Virus record (IMG/VR): IMGVR_UViG_3300048672_000387
Span: 1-63,574 of that record
Origin: a virus
Lineage: Duplodnaviria; Caudoviricetes
DNA: 63,574 bases
Direction: 5' to 3' (one strand)
The notes beneath the pieces were generated by a model. That model did no database searches, was not told the origin of the DNA, and worked only from the letters and a program-made list of their open reading frames with translations. The position numbers and the translations under genes are program-made. Positions 11,301 to 20,557 of this stretch are shown in pieces; position 1 is the first letter of the stretch; the number at the start of each line of letters is the position of its first letter.

Positions 11301-14300
11301 TTGTTCTTTTAAAGAATCGTATTTTTTTATTATCCAATTTTGTGAAGTTTCAAAATTATTTATTGTTTCAAAATCTTTTAATATTTCATTATAATATTTA
11401 GTAGTTTCATTTAAATTAATAACTTTTTTAAATTGTTGGTTTTCAATATTTTTAAAAAAAGCATCTATACTAGGAATTAAAGTATAATTCATACCTAACC
11501 ATTTTTTTATTCTGTTAAAAAGAATATTTAAAAATGAAGAAACTTTAAATTTATTTTTCCATTCTTGATACATTTCTGCTAATGCTTCTTCTATTTCTAT
11601 TTCAGAACTATTAAAATTTAATTGCAATTCTTCAACTGCTTTTTTATAAACTAATTTTTTTTGTTCTGGAGTTAGCATCATATCAAATATTTTATGAAAC
11701 AGTTCATGTTTAGCAACATTTAATTTGGAAGTGCCATTTTCATCTAATAAATAAATTATACCGTCTTTAAATAATCCCCAAGATTCAATACCTTCTGCTA
11801 AAATTAACATTTCAGCTTCAGTTACAAATTGAATTTGTTCTTTAGTTAAAGTAGGATCTATTTTCTTTAAATAAGAAACAATATCATTAATATTTTTAGA
11901 TTCTCCTAATTTAGAATTTTTATTTTTTTCTAACCTAGCTAATTTTCTTTTAGCTGTGGGTATAACAGGTGTATTATTAGAATTGTTATTCGGAGGATTT
12001 AAAGTTACAGAAATACTACTAGATTCTATATTTTGTAAAGGATCTTCAAAAAATAAATTATCAGCTGAGGTAGATATATAAGCTTCTGTATAATTAATTT
12101 CTCTATCTTGAAATATGTTTTCTTTAGATGAAACAATAGGTACTGGAACTAATAAATCAGAAATATTTTGTAACCCGTTTATTTGAAATATATTTTCTAA
12201 TTCTTCAATTGTTAAAGTAGGATACATTATAGCTTTTAAATTTTTAAAATCTTCTGGGCTATAATTTTTTAAATCAAAATCAGAACCATATTTTATTTTA
12301 TATTTATTTAACAAACTATGTTGTTTTTTAGAAGGTAATACTCCAAATTCAGCTATAAATTCAGAATTTGTTTTAGTATCTCCTTTAGGTAGTAAATTTT
12401 TACCTTTACTAAAAACATTACCATCACTTTCAAAAGTAGTTCTAATAATAATACCGTTAGAATATTGATTTCCTTTAGCTATTAAATTAAAAGAATGTTG
12501 TGCTTTACCTGGTCTTCTTTTTTCAAATCTTTTTAAATCAGAAACATTAACTTCTAAAACTTCATCTTTAACTTTTACTTTAGCTATTTCATTTGTAATT
12601 TCTATTACTTTACCACTAACTTCTTTTCCTTCTACAATAAACGGATTGTTTATATTTTTAACATTTTTACCTACAATTATTTTTGTATCAGTTTCAGATA
12701 AAGGCTCGTGTAATAAATTATCAATTTCTTTAATTAAATCTAATTCTTTATTAGTTAATTTAACTTCTGTTCCAGTTTTAGTTTTAATTTTATCTAATAC
12801 AAAATTTAAATTTGAAGCTGAAATAATATCATAAATGTCTTTAGTAGATAAATTATATTTTGACACTAAATTTGTAAATTCTTTATATTTAGCTATAAAT
12901 TCATAAATAGGTTCAACTAAAGCTGAATGTTCTTTTTTATTAAGATTTTTACGTTTAAGTTTAATAAAATTAGTATCTCCTATTACCATATAAGGAACTC
13001 CAGGTAAAGGTTTAAATTTAGTATTTAAAGCGTCAATTTCTTTTTTAGTATATATTCTAATTTTATAATCTTTTGAATTTAATTTTTTATTTTTAGAAAA
13101 ATAATTAGCTATTTTATTTCTAATGTTTTCCCAATTAAATTCAGATGTATTTTCATAATCTGTTATAAAATTAGCTTTTTTAAAAGCTGTTATTTTTCCT
13201 TCTGCTAAAATTATTAAAGGAGTAGTTTTAGAAACTTCTAAAAATCCATCTTGTATATTTTTAAGTTTAGCAGGAGTTTTTAAAGAATCTATAAAAGATG
13301 TGTATAAAGATGGATTAATATTTTTTAAATTTTCTATTTCATTACTGTTTAATACACCTACTTCTAATAATCCTTCTGGACGTTTAACATATATTCCTAT
13401 CATAGATACACCTTTTATTAAAACCGGTATATATATAATTTTTTCATTTTCTTCAAATTTTGATATATTAACTCCATGTGGATACTCTAAATCAAAAGAA
13501 TTATTATTTACAATAGGAATTTCTTCTTCAATAACAGGTTCTTCAAATATTTCTTCTTCAACATCTTCTTCTTCTTCATTTTCTATAATTGATTCTTCTT
13601 CTACAGTTGTAACAAGAGAAATAGTTGGTGTTTTAGGCAATATAATTTCTTTATCTAATTGTTCTATTTCTTCTTTTCTATTTTTTTGAAAAGTTTCTCT
13701 GTTTTCTTTAATTTCATTTACATTTTTACTAGTAGAATTATTAATATTGTCATTTAAAGTATTTACTGTTTTTAAACCTTGAATAAATATAAAATTAGTA
13801 GCTCTTGAAGTAGCTGTGTACATTGCTTTATTAAATAAAACAACATCTTGAATTTTAATAGGATCAATAGCTACATATACTTCATCTATTGTTCTGCCTT
13901 GAACATCAACATACGATATTATTTCAACACCTAATTTTTTATTTTTCCAAAAATCAACATCGGACGGATGAACAATAATTGCTCTAGTTTTACCATCATT
14001 TAAATCTTTAGTTTTTAATATTTTTTCTATTCCTGATTTATCTTCAGAACCTTTACTTCCTAAAGTATTATCAGAATTAGAAGTTAAATATAGTGTTTCT
14101 TTTCTTAAATCTCTATTATTTCCTATAAACAAATCTTGAACATCATTTACTTCTGCTACATTACTTCTATACCTTACTGTTAAAGGTGTAATTAATATAT
14201 TATTATCAAAAATAGGATCTGTAGAATCTTCTAAAGCAACAATAGTTCCTCCAAATGCAGAGTTGCTTGTAATTTGATTAGGGTCTCCCATACCAATTAT

Positions 14301-17300
14301 TTTAATATCAGTTTTATTTCTAATATTATAATCTTGAACTCCTTTTAAAATTCTAGTTATTGTAGCAGTAGGAAGAGCATTGATTTCATCAATTACTATT
14401 AATTCAGTATTTTTTAAAATATTTGATTCTAGTTTTATTATTAAATCATCTATTGATGTATTTTGAGTTGTGCCTAATGAATCATTAATAGTTTTTGTAG
14501 AATGTTCGTTATGCCCAACAGCATATACATTTTCTGTTTTTAAACCAGAAACTTTAAATAACCATTTTATTACAATAGTAGTTTTTCCAGTACCGGCATA
14601 ACCTTTCATGTAAGCAAATGTTTTTTTACCTGTTACAAAAGACATTAATTCTTTAATAGCAAATAATTGTTGATTAGAAGGAACTACTGTTTTTTCGTCC
14701 CTACTTAATTCATTTTCAGTTACAATGTCAGTTACAGGATTTGATTTTCCTTCTACAAAATTTAATAAATTATCTAAAGCTAAAACTTTTTTATGTAAGT
14801 TTAAAAAATCTTTTGTTTTAGAAACATCATATTTTATATCTTCATCTATAACAGAATTTATTAATTTTTCAAAATTTAAATCTTCTTTAAAAATATTTCT
14901 AATTCCAGGAGTAAATAAATTTTCAACAGCTGCTCTAAAAGCTAATTTAGGATTGTTTTTATAAACTCTTGTAAAAAACAATAAACTTGTAGAAATAGAA
15001 GGAATACCTATATTATTATATAAATCTATAGCTTCTTGACTTAATTTTTCTTTTAAATTATAAAGTATTTCTTTTTGCTCTTTAGACATTTGATCTTTAA
15101 GAGAAATTAAAATATTTGTAATATAACCTATTTTTTCAAAAGGTGTAAAATCTTTAATGTCTTCTAATACATTTTTACCGGTTATAATTTTTATCAAGTC
15201 AGCTAATTCAGGAATCAATACGATTTTTTTATCAAATCCTAATTCATTTAATTGACTTTCTACTTTATTATCAGTTATTCTATCTTGTTCTAATTTTCTA
15301 TTAGCTTGTCTTTCTTTTACTATTTCAATTTGTTTTTTTATTTCTTCTAGGCTATTTTTATACTCATTTATAGCATCTTTATAATCAGAATCATTTTTTT
15401 CTTCTAAAACTTTAATCATATTAGAAAGTTGTTTTTCAACAGTTTCTAGTTTTTTTAAATCTACAAAGTCTTCAGATTTAGTAGCAAATAATATACTTTT
15501 TACAATATTAGTAAACTCATTAATTAAAAGTTCTTTAATTGTTTTTTTATTAATTTCTTTTTTTTCAAATGTTTGTGTAGAATTTAATTTTTCTAAAGTT
15601 TTATTTAAATTTAATTGTTCTAAATCTATATTATCTTGAATACTAGTATCTCCATTAAGAATATTATCAGCTAATTCTACATCTTCAGGTAAAAAATTTG
15701 ACGTATCTTCATCATTCATTATAGCACCGGCTATTTCATTTATTTCATCTAATTTAGATTGTTTGACATTTATATCATTTTGAATATCATTTAAACCGTT
15801 TTCTAAAATAGATTTAGATTTTGCTGTTATAGGAATATTATCAGAAATAACATCATCTATTATTTCTGTAACGTCTTCACCATTATTTATTCTTTCTTCG
15901 AGAGATTTATTAAAAAAATCATTTTCTATATTATTACTTTTTTGTTCTAATTCTTTACTATATAAATTAGATTTTTCAAAATCATTAAATTCTTTTAAAG
16001 TAGTAGTTTCTGGATTAAATTTATTTACTTTATTAACAATAGATTTTTTCCAATCCTTATCAAAATATTTTTGACCATTTTTTACATCAGCTATTTTAGT
16101 AAATTCATCATTAAATTTAGTATTAACTTGTTCTAATTCAGATAGTTTTAAATTTAAATATTCTATTCTTTTAGATGCTAATAAAGCTGTATTAGGATCA
16201 GATTCTAATTCTGCTTTTTCTATACCAAGCCTTAAAATTTCAGATTTTACATTTGATAATGTGGTTCCAATATTATATAATTCAGATTTTCTTTTATTAT
16301 ACTTTTCAATATCTTCTTTTTTATTAGAAGAAGGTAATACATGAGCATCAATTGTTTTAGCTAATTTTAAAAACTCTTGTTTTTTAGCTTTCATTTCAGC
16401 AATCATTCGGTCTTTATTAGAAACATCTAATCCTAATTTTTCAAATTCTTCATTTGAAGTTTTAGATAAAAAATCTATTTTATCATCTAAAAGATTTTCA
16501 GTAGCTGTATCATAATGTACTTTAACCCATTCAGCTAAAGCTGCTTTTTTAGCTAAATTTGCTAGTATTTCATTTTTATTTTCCTCTCCTAAAGTAGAAA
16601 TATCATCTAAATATTCTAGTTGATTTCTTTTCATTAAAAGATTTTCAAGTTTTTCATTACTAATTGTTAAATTACCGTTAGCATCTTTTTTACGTTGTTT
16701 AACTTTAACAGTTTTACCATCTATTTCTTGATCAACTTCTTCATCTTCGTAAATATCATTAGTGTCTAACATTTTATGTAAAGAACCTAATGAAGCTAAT
16801 TTAGCGTTTCTTTTCTTTTTTTCATTATTACCATAATCAATAAATCCACTTTTAGTGCCTCCTAATCCTCCAATCAATCCTCCTAATAATATTGATTTTT
16901 GACCTTCTTCATTTGAAAAATTATTAACCCCTCTACTTCCAATACCTTTTAAAGTATTCCAATCAAATAATTCTGAATCTGGATTATTTTGAAACATGTT
17001 TTGAATAGAAGTTTGTAAATTTTCTTCTACAAATCCTTCCATAGCAATTCCTTCTAATCCTTTTAAAATAGTAGAACCTGCTTTAGTAGAAGCAAATTTA
17101 TTAAAACTTTTAATTCCGGCGCCTAAACCAGGTATTTTACTTGTTGCTAATTTACCAATATTACCAGTAATTTCAGCATCTACGGTATTTAATCCTTTTG
17201 CAGCTAATCCTTTAACAGTATTACTACTTCTTCCTACATTTTTCATCAAATTTTTCATCTGTAAAAAATTAGTACCTGATAATAATATTGCATTTGCAGC

Positions 17301-18149
17301 AAATGTTCTAGCGGCTAATGGTGCTACTTCAACATTTAATTGATGTTGTTGTTCTGGTGTAAGAGCATCAAAAGACATTCCAAATTGAGTTTGTGCTTTA
17401 TTTTCTCTTACAGTATCTCTAATATCTTTAGCTTCAAACATAGCTTCAGAAGCTGTTTGTAAAGCAGTAGCTGTAGCAATATCTATATTTCCAGCAACTT
17501 TAGCTGCTTTATTTATTATACCCATTGCAGCTAATTTAGGAGCAATTTTAGTTCCTATTTTTAAAGCACTTACACCAATTCCAGTTCCGTAAGCTGATAA
17601 TAAAAAAGAAGTAGCATCAACAGCATCACTAGCCCAAAAATCTCCATCAAAAAGATTATTAAAAACATTAACTTTATTAGCTTGTTTATCTTCTATACTA
17701 TTATATAAAGGAGTAGCATTTTCTAATTGTTTTTCTATATCAGTTGATATTTTAGCTAATCCGTTATCAGCCGCTCCAGCAATCCAAGCTGCTATATTTT
17801 GACCTATATTAGAATTTTCATTTTTATAATTTTCATTAGCATTATCAATTCCTAACAACCCTCCCAATAATCCTATTCCAGCTGTAGTTTTTAAAACAGT
17901 TTTTCCTATTAATCTTTCAGTAGCTATTCCTAAAGCATCCATTCCATTTTGATTTCTACTTCTTCTTTCTTCTACATTTTCAGTTAAAAAAGTACCTTTA
18001 TCATAATTTGAATATTCTTCTCCTAAAGAAGCAAATGATAAATCTGTTGGAGCAATGTCAGAACCTGTATTTTGTCTTTGTACTATATCATTACTTTTTG
18101 TTAAATCAAAAAGATAATTATCTAATTCGTTATTTAATTTTTTTGCCAT
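5352..18149 (-). CDS. Virion-packaged DNA-dependent RNA polymerase polyprotein (crAss-type) with SF1 helicase and zincin domains
   Basis: 4265 aa. Catalytic GSDYDVDK (~8020-8045) plus TDAQG, RIP and DNVKE motifs. Walker A GYAGTGKT (~14581-14604). HELFH (~11693-11708). N-terminal Gly/Ala-rich hydrophobic segments. Confidence 0.9.
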   Translation of the reverse strand: MAKKLNNELDNYLFDLTKSNDIVQRQNTGSDIAPTDLSFASLGEEYSNYDKGTFLTENVEERRSRNQNGMDALGIATERLIGKTVLKTTAGIGLLGGLLGIDNANENYKNENSNIGQNIAAWIAGAADNGLAKISTDIEKQLENATPLYNSIEDKQANKVNVFNNLFDGDFWASDAVDATSFLLSAYGTGIGVSALKIGTKIAPKLAAMGIINKAAKVAGNIDIATATALQTASEAMFEAKDIRDTVRENKAQTQFGMSFDALTPEQQHQLNVEVAPLAARTFAANAILLSGTNFLQMKNLMKNVGRSSNTVKGLAAKGLNTVDAEITGNIGKLATSKIPGLGAGIKSFNKFASTKAGSTILKGLEGIAMEGFVEENLQTSIQNMFQNNPDSELFDWNTLKGIGSRGVNNFSNEEGQKSILLGGLIGGLGGTKSGFIDYGNNEKKKRNAKLASLGSLHKMLDTNDIYEDEEVDQEIDGKTVKVKQRKKDANGNLTISNEKLENLLMKRNQLEYLDDISTLGEENKNEILANLAKKAALAEWVKVHYDTATENLLDDKIDFLSKTSNEEFEKLGLDVSNKDRMIAEMKAKKQEFLKLAKTIDAHVLPSSNKKEDIEKYNKRKSELYNIGTTLSNVKSEILRLGIEKAELESDPNTALLASKRIEYLNLKLSELEQVNTKFNDEFTKIADVKNGQKYFDKDWKKSIVNKVNKFNPETTTLKEFNDFEKSNLYSKELEQKSNNIENDFFNKSLEERINNGEDVTEIIDDVISDNIPITAKSKSILENGLNDIQNDINVKQSKLDEINEIAGAIMNDEDTSNFLPEDVELADNILNGDTSIQDNIDLEQLNLNKTLEKLNSTQTFEKKEINKKTIKELLINEFTNIVKSILFATKSEDFVDLKKLETVEKQLSNMIKVLEEKNDSDYKDAINEYKNSLEEIKKQIEIVKERQANRKLEQDRITDNKVESQLNELGFDKKIVLIPELADLIKIITGKNVLEDIKDFTPFEKIGYITNILISLKDQMSKEQKEILYNLKEKLSQEAIDLYNNIGIPSISTSLLFFTRVYKNNPKLAFRAAVENLFTPGIRNIFKEDLNFEKLINSVIDEDIKYDVSKTKDFLNLHKKVLALDNLLNFVEGKSNPVTDIVTENELSRDEKTVVPSNQQLFAIKELMSFVTGKKTFAYMKGYAGTGKTTIVIKWLFKVSGLKTENVYAVGHNEHSTKTINDSLGTTQNTSIDDLIIKLESNILKNTELIVIDEINALPTATITRILKGVQDYNIRNKTDIKIIGMGDPNQITSNSAFGGTIVALEDSTDPIFDNNILITPLTVRYRSNVAEVNDVQDLFIGNNRDLRKETLYLTSNSDNTLGSKGSEDKSGIEKILKTKDLNDGKTRAIIVHPSDVDFWKNKKLGVEIISYVDVQGRTIDEVYVAIDPIKIQDVVLFNKAMYTATSRATNFIFIQGLKTVNTLNDNINNSTSKNVNEIKENRETFQKNRKEEIEQLDKEIILPKTPTISLVTTVEEESIIENEEEEDVEEEIFEEPVIEEEIPIVNNNSFDLEYPHGVNISKFEENEKIIYIPVLIKGVSMIGIYVKRPEGLLEVGVLNSNEIENLKNINPSLYTSFIDSLKTPAKLKNIQDGFLEVSKTTPLIILAEGKITAFKKANFITDYENTSEFNWENIRNKIANYFSKNKKLNSKDYKIRIYTKKEIDALNTKFKPLPGVPYMVIGDTNFIKLKRKNLNKKEHSALVEPIYEFIAKYKEFTNLVSKYNLSTKDIYDIISASNLNFVLDKIKTKTGTEVKLTNKELDLIKEIDNLLHEPLSETDTKIIVGKNVKNINNPFIVEGKEVSGKVIEITNEIAKVKVKDEVLEVNVSDLKRFEKRRPGKAQHSFNLIAKGNQYSNGIIIRTTFESDGNVFSKGKNLLPKGDTKTNSEFIAEFGVLPSKKQHSLLNKYKIKYGSDFDLKNYSPEDFKNLKAIMYPTLTIEELENIFQINGLQNISDLLVPVPIVSSKENIFQDREINYTEAYISTSADNLFFEDPLQNIESSSISVTLNPPNNNSNNTPVIPTAKRKLARLEKNKNSKLGESKNINDIVSYLKKIDPTLTKEQIQFVTEAEMLILAEGIESWGLFKDGIIYLLDENGTSKLNVAKHELFHKIFDMMLTPEQKKLVYKKAVEELQLNFNSSEIEIEEALAEMYQEWKNKFKVSSFLNILFNRIKKWLGMNYTLIPSIDAFFKNIENQQFKKVINLNETTKYYNEILKDFETINNFETSQNWIIKKYDSLKEQMLDISKENLEQEQVPERNEDVYGIIYDDILDHLKELLEIKDKTEEDILNIKSLSTLSNKKIYDNMIKDLFQGNVIYTETAEGSEILGGDWTEDINDAEQTNHETNISESVKRGLSSIINKNKIVSFRFAYLTCLETLSNLNTNMDSDSLSKEINKRFAKFKKLSSRHSDVDAIQNYINTLIDYSYPINGYFKGIKVIKGYKFINENTISKIEDTGKTSYIKRNKNENNATFFNRIINLENNSNLDLQQLSILFLQKSYQNTLVELLTQVSSLYRQQVMYGEYGGGKTNYRHTLKNATKEIQRVTIVNNLITNLIENLNSNKKEILDLYYKLSKLDKSKNQDKKSTAFIEEINKTIKQTFEKMFGVSLKSSDTSTKDAIIALMSGFESFVVKEGDIEEFESQILQNFNGYMNTLADTQIVEENDLRNPNYRRIDGKTAYLFTLASQAINTLQSFVDENLFKKPSFLNSDFFKQNIFNGANINKIYRYINFDGIKKENEEGGVRYKNESETDWFRRNFKYFFLSQMSSNGKYIQQFLTISNKPNIVSAEIDFLNWDKIEKAITAILKQEESRNYKKIKYKNLNSFEKLLPKGERSIEEYSKELLNLFKNKNVNNILEIENYINTNQLKTIANKFKQKSFDTAEEQDAENIKNLGALYYANNYINSHQLNQLVAGDEAFYKNSFDVIKRMSIAFATGYKGVVSEFALPEKYKSLVVEDVKGVLGNDFVQFLKIWGKDYDITDAQGFMTPKRASELRLGFGEAFNLGSIIKPVHFEIDENGIPRAVKYSCVELTDELIKIFPQLAKIRTILEENNVDEMVFESAVKVGKPLQIAKINENNELIFNENSIITLQNENYRIQSNPEHNVEKEESAFPTQLGYFANFSGKNTEVTADLFDAQAQLMEMGRNELLSELKMQNRIEDNESGTEELIKQQDALRKKSISKQNTETDQRQNEFIANSKLGINTPFLVKKMIINLSSFFSKATVAIRIPGGGLVLQSAFGTTEYYNKEGQLIKEDLKWRDKDGYAEVVLPDFWKDKIKIGDSIMFDTMLGFRIPSTELHSAIPLKVVGYYPSNKNVIIAPGAITFFHGSDYDVDKLYVMRRSSHDSKTIYKQDGTILQEEGSMIGYKNNKLSKEWLNEVQEEMYNVLNSIHTAKNNKDIIGLKEYKNKYKALKELKVSYYKNVVVDSFLKIITDKVNEELMVSPITMDRFKGTGIETESTFDLVSRLEGFNVPKPFFENFNKKEDYNEAIKAWEKKRNEYIFKERDLYNLEEQMLMHKDNFSGTALTGVFADMAKVIAYYFQSTVDNKYPELKEAYHIEINGKTYKGFDYYENIDDIIVNYDDKGNAIKSKPTITESIDSLVNAAIDNVKEQILSIIGFTNNTGNVAVSMIAMGIPLNDIVLLMKQPIINLLNTETSFNRGYKKARTMYIENVYKLLNKNVEDVTEEDKVKINLDIENLKITNELLENIYNKPLEEMNYEDLILQLKVLTDTIRKGEMIASNIGKGKTAYSILKGFDITFDKLENVIETIDAIKLKTDKIDENTVDKTENVFENVDPIMLPHINKAFNVLKTLKSKMERLFYIHNPVLQEFSKEINSLNIFKLGNKELEAESNLRESLLQYLLSGMSYTTKEGYEINNSTLDEPEYVSSNGKTYTGTDAFNRRFTEEIFALRKANPNNKFLNNLYLNKKTKTFSFDVAKNIDQADLLKLQLDFMSLKENGQYTKLQYEFIKYAVINQGLRFGNSSYSLIIPNEMYEPLMEKYNSYFIKLSSIPNEFKTLLDQVKSNFVLQFAMNNAKKYVKYLNKEQYSKATNFSGILLNKEKFSEPEMFYTIGDTLYVKLEDSTNTEWKYANVGDFTKIKGYQFSSINLIGKYNVNIAFDSNVRTVKVSNNKEQSFTSEYKYQIGSKIRLLNYSDITRMNMIEYQIESVEENKNKTFDYTLTSPTFVNTIVSEAEIVNSQEFKKLIAEGFISEIALHKIKNNC

Positions 18150-18150
18150 T

Positions 18151-20181
18151 TTATTTAATTTTATTAATCCAATTTTTAAATTGTTCGTTATTCATTGTTA
18201 TTTGTTGACCGTTTTTAAAAAACAAATCTACAGTTCTACCATCAGATTGAAATTCCATTTCTGTTGGTTGTCTTCCATTTAAGTGTAAAGTTACTTTTTC
18301 TTTAGGATAAACACCGTAACTAAATTTAGATAATTCAGATTTAGTAGCGTTAGTTGTTTCAGCATCTAAAGGGTTAAATACAATTATTTCATTACCTCCA
18401 ACATCTAATGTATAAGCATTACCAGCAGCTTTAGCTATATTTCTATTAGAATTATAAGGATTACTACTATTTGCTGTCATTATTGAACCAGGTTCAACTT
18501 TACCACTTGTTTTAATTATAGTACCGTCAGGAATATTTAAATCTTTTAAATCTTCTTTTAAATAATCTGAAAGAGGTTTTATTTTACCGCTAATAGGATC
18601 AATTGTCATAAGTCCTTTAGCAGCATGAGTAGAAATAGTTGTTTGATCTGAACCCCCAATCAATCCTTTTACTTTTTTAAGTTCTAAACCATTTTTATTT
18701 CCAAATAATTTAAAGTTAAGTTGTTCATCAGCTTTAAGTGCGTCATATTCACCTTTAGAATTTTTAGCATTTTCTCCAAAATTTTCTATCATTTCTTGTG
18801 CGTATGATTGATCGTCTGTATTTCTTACTTTATATGCAGAACCTAATTGAATGTTTTGATCTTTCATTAACTCTGTAACAAATATTAATTCATCTGAATT
18901 TAATTTTTTATTAGAATTTAATTTATTTTGGATGCCGTATATATTAAACCCTTTTTCTCCATTAGAATTTCCATCATTTGTTCTACTCATTTCAGGAGTA
19001 GTTATTTTTTTATAAGTTTCTGGATTAATTTGTTGTAATTCTTTTAAATAAGGAATAGATAATCCTCTAACAAATAGTTTTAAAATATTATAATTTTCTT
19101 TATTGTCTTGAAATTTAGGAGTATCAGTTTTATAATCAGCAACATTTTTATTAAATCTATCTATAAATGAAGATATTGCTTTATTTTGAGGAGCTGGTAC
19201 ATTAGTACTTTCTCTTACAGATCTAACTGGTGAAGATTCATCTAAAGGTGTAAAATTAGGATCATTATAAGCTCCTAATATTTGAAAATTACCTTTATCT
19301 CCTACATTATTAACATCAAACATTGTTGACATTGAGTTAGCAGCAGCATCAACTTTTTGATGAAACATTTGTTCTCCTATTATTTTTCTTTGAATAGGAT
19401 CTTGAATACCTGCTCTATTTAAATCTCTTTCTATCATAGCTTGTATTCCTGTATGAGCTTTTCCATATTTTAACATTTCTTGTTTAAGTTCTGAAGAACT
19501 TAATTTTTCAGTTTTTCCTGAAGCATCTATTTTAGCTAAATAATCTCCTTGTTCTGGTTTAGTAGTAGGAAATCCTGTTTTTGCACTAATATATCCTAAA
19601 TGAGCAGCTTGGCCGGCTCTAGTTGTAGTTCTTACATGAGGAGCTACTTTTAAAAGTTCATTTGCTACATCAATATCTGGAGCTTCACTAAAAGAATCTA
19701 CATTTAAATTTTCTAAAGTATTATTTTCAGGATTAAATTGAGCGCTTTTTAATTGTTGATTATACATTCTTACAGCTTCTTTTCTTGAAAAATCTGATTT
19801 ATAATCTGGACTAACGGCTATTTTTTCTAAACCTTGTTGTATTTGTTTATTCCTATTACTTAGCCCTTCAAACATTCCAGCTGCATCTAAAGCATCTTGT
19901 TGTGTTTGCCAAACTATATCTTGATAATTACCAGATTTAGCTCTTTCAGTTAATCTTTTGTTATTATAATCCATTATTTGTTTAGCTGTTTCATGATCTA
20001 CTGGATTACTAGAAGCTAATAATTTTTTAGTTATTGCTCCCATTTTAGCATCATTATCCATTGAAGTATCATATCTACCTTGAATTACATTAGATGTTTT
20101 TTCTAATTGTTCTAAAGGTATTTCTTCTCCTTTTATCTGTACGTTAGGATTAACGTATGTGTCTTGAAAATTAAATGGCAT
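18151..20181 (-). CDS. Putative ejected/cargo virion protein (likely start MPFNFQ at 20181, not 20280)
   Basis: Lies immediately upstream of the RNAP gene. A TATATTTG promoter at 20197-20204 falls inside the longer ORF call. Confidence 0.65.
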   Translation of the reverse strand: MPFNFQDTYVNPNVQIKGEEIPLEQLEKTSNVIQGRYDTSMDNDAKMGAITKKLLASSNPVDHETAKQIMDYNNKRLTERAKSGNYQDIVWQTQQDALDAAGMFEGLSNRNKQIQQGLEKIAVSPDYKSDFSRKEAVRMYNQQLKSAQFNPENNTLENLNVDSFSEAPDIDVANELLKVAPHVRTTTRAGQAAHLGYISAKTGFPTTKPEQGDYLAKIDASGKTEKLSSSELKQEMLKYGKAHTGIQAMIERDLNRAGIQDPIQRKIIGEQMFHQKVDAAANSMSTMFDVNNVGDKGNFQILGAYNDPNFTPLDESSPVRSVRESTNVPAPQNKAISSFIDRFNKNVADYKTDTPKFQDNKENYNILKLFVRGLSIPYLKELQQINPETYKKITTPEMSRTNDGNSNGEKGFNIYGIQNKLNSNKKLNSDELIFVTELMKDQNIQLGSAYKVRNTDDQSYAQEMIENFGENAKNSKGEYDALKADEQLNFKLFGNKNGLELKKVKGLIGGSDQTTISTHAAKGLMTIDPISGKIKPLSDYLKEDLKDLNIPDGTIIKTSGKVEPGSIMTANSSNPYNSNRNIAKAAGNAYTLDVGGNEIIVFNPLDAETTNATKSELSKFSYGVYPKEKVTLHLNGRQPTEMEFQSDGRTVDLFFKNGQQITMNNEQFKNWINKIK

Positions 20182-20196
20182 ATTATATCTTTTGTG

Positions 20197-20204
20197 CAAA
20201 TATA
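20197..20204 (-). promoter_or_regulatory. Bacteroidetes housekeeping-sigma -7 element
   Basis: TATATTTG (TAnnTTTG consensus) just upstream of ATG 20181. Confidence 0.7.
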
Positions 20205-20409
20205 CAACTTTATTAAATAAAAAAGATAATATCCTTCCCTCCCTCCATATTATGTTCCCCGACCTCAGAACAGTCGTCATTTTCCCTATCCATTTAAAGT
20301 TTGGATAAACTATTTAAAATTAATTTTTTATTTTAATGTTGTGAATAATCACAACAAAAGCCTCCATACATTAATTGGTATTGCTCTTTCTAAAGGACAA
20401 TTTCTAATA

Positions 20410-20520
20410 AAAGAAAACCCTAACTGTTCCGAGCAATTAGGGTTTGATTATAGAATACTATTCTATAAGTAGTTATAATGGTTTTAAATATTATACAAAT
20501 CTAAATAATTGCTCGGAACA
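20410..20520 (-). ncRNA. Structured leader/small RNA with mutually exclusive terminator and anti-terminator pairings
   Basis: 15-bp inverted repeat 20425-20439/20506-20520 overlaps terminator hairpin 20415-20445. Promoter at 20529-20536. Confidence 0.6.
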
Positions 20521-20528
20521 ATCAAATG

Positions 20529-20536
20529 CAAATATA
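20529..20536 (-). promoter_or_regulatory. Bacteroidetes -7 promoter element
   Basis: TATATTTG(CA) on the minus strand in an intergenic region. Confidence 0.65.
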
Positions 20537-20557
20537 ATATAATTTTATTAATTTATA

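Noticed and set aside
7582-18208. + strand ORFs at 7582, 12646, 13300, 14725 and 18008
   Set aside because: Antisense shadows of the RNAP gene with Ser/Phe/Ile-biased composition.
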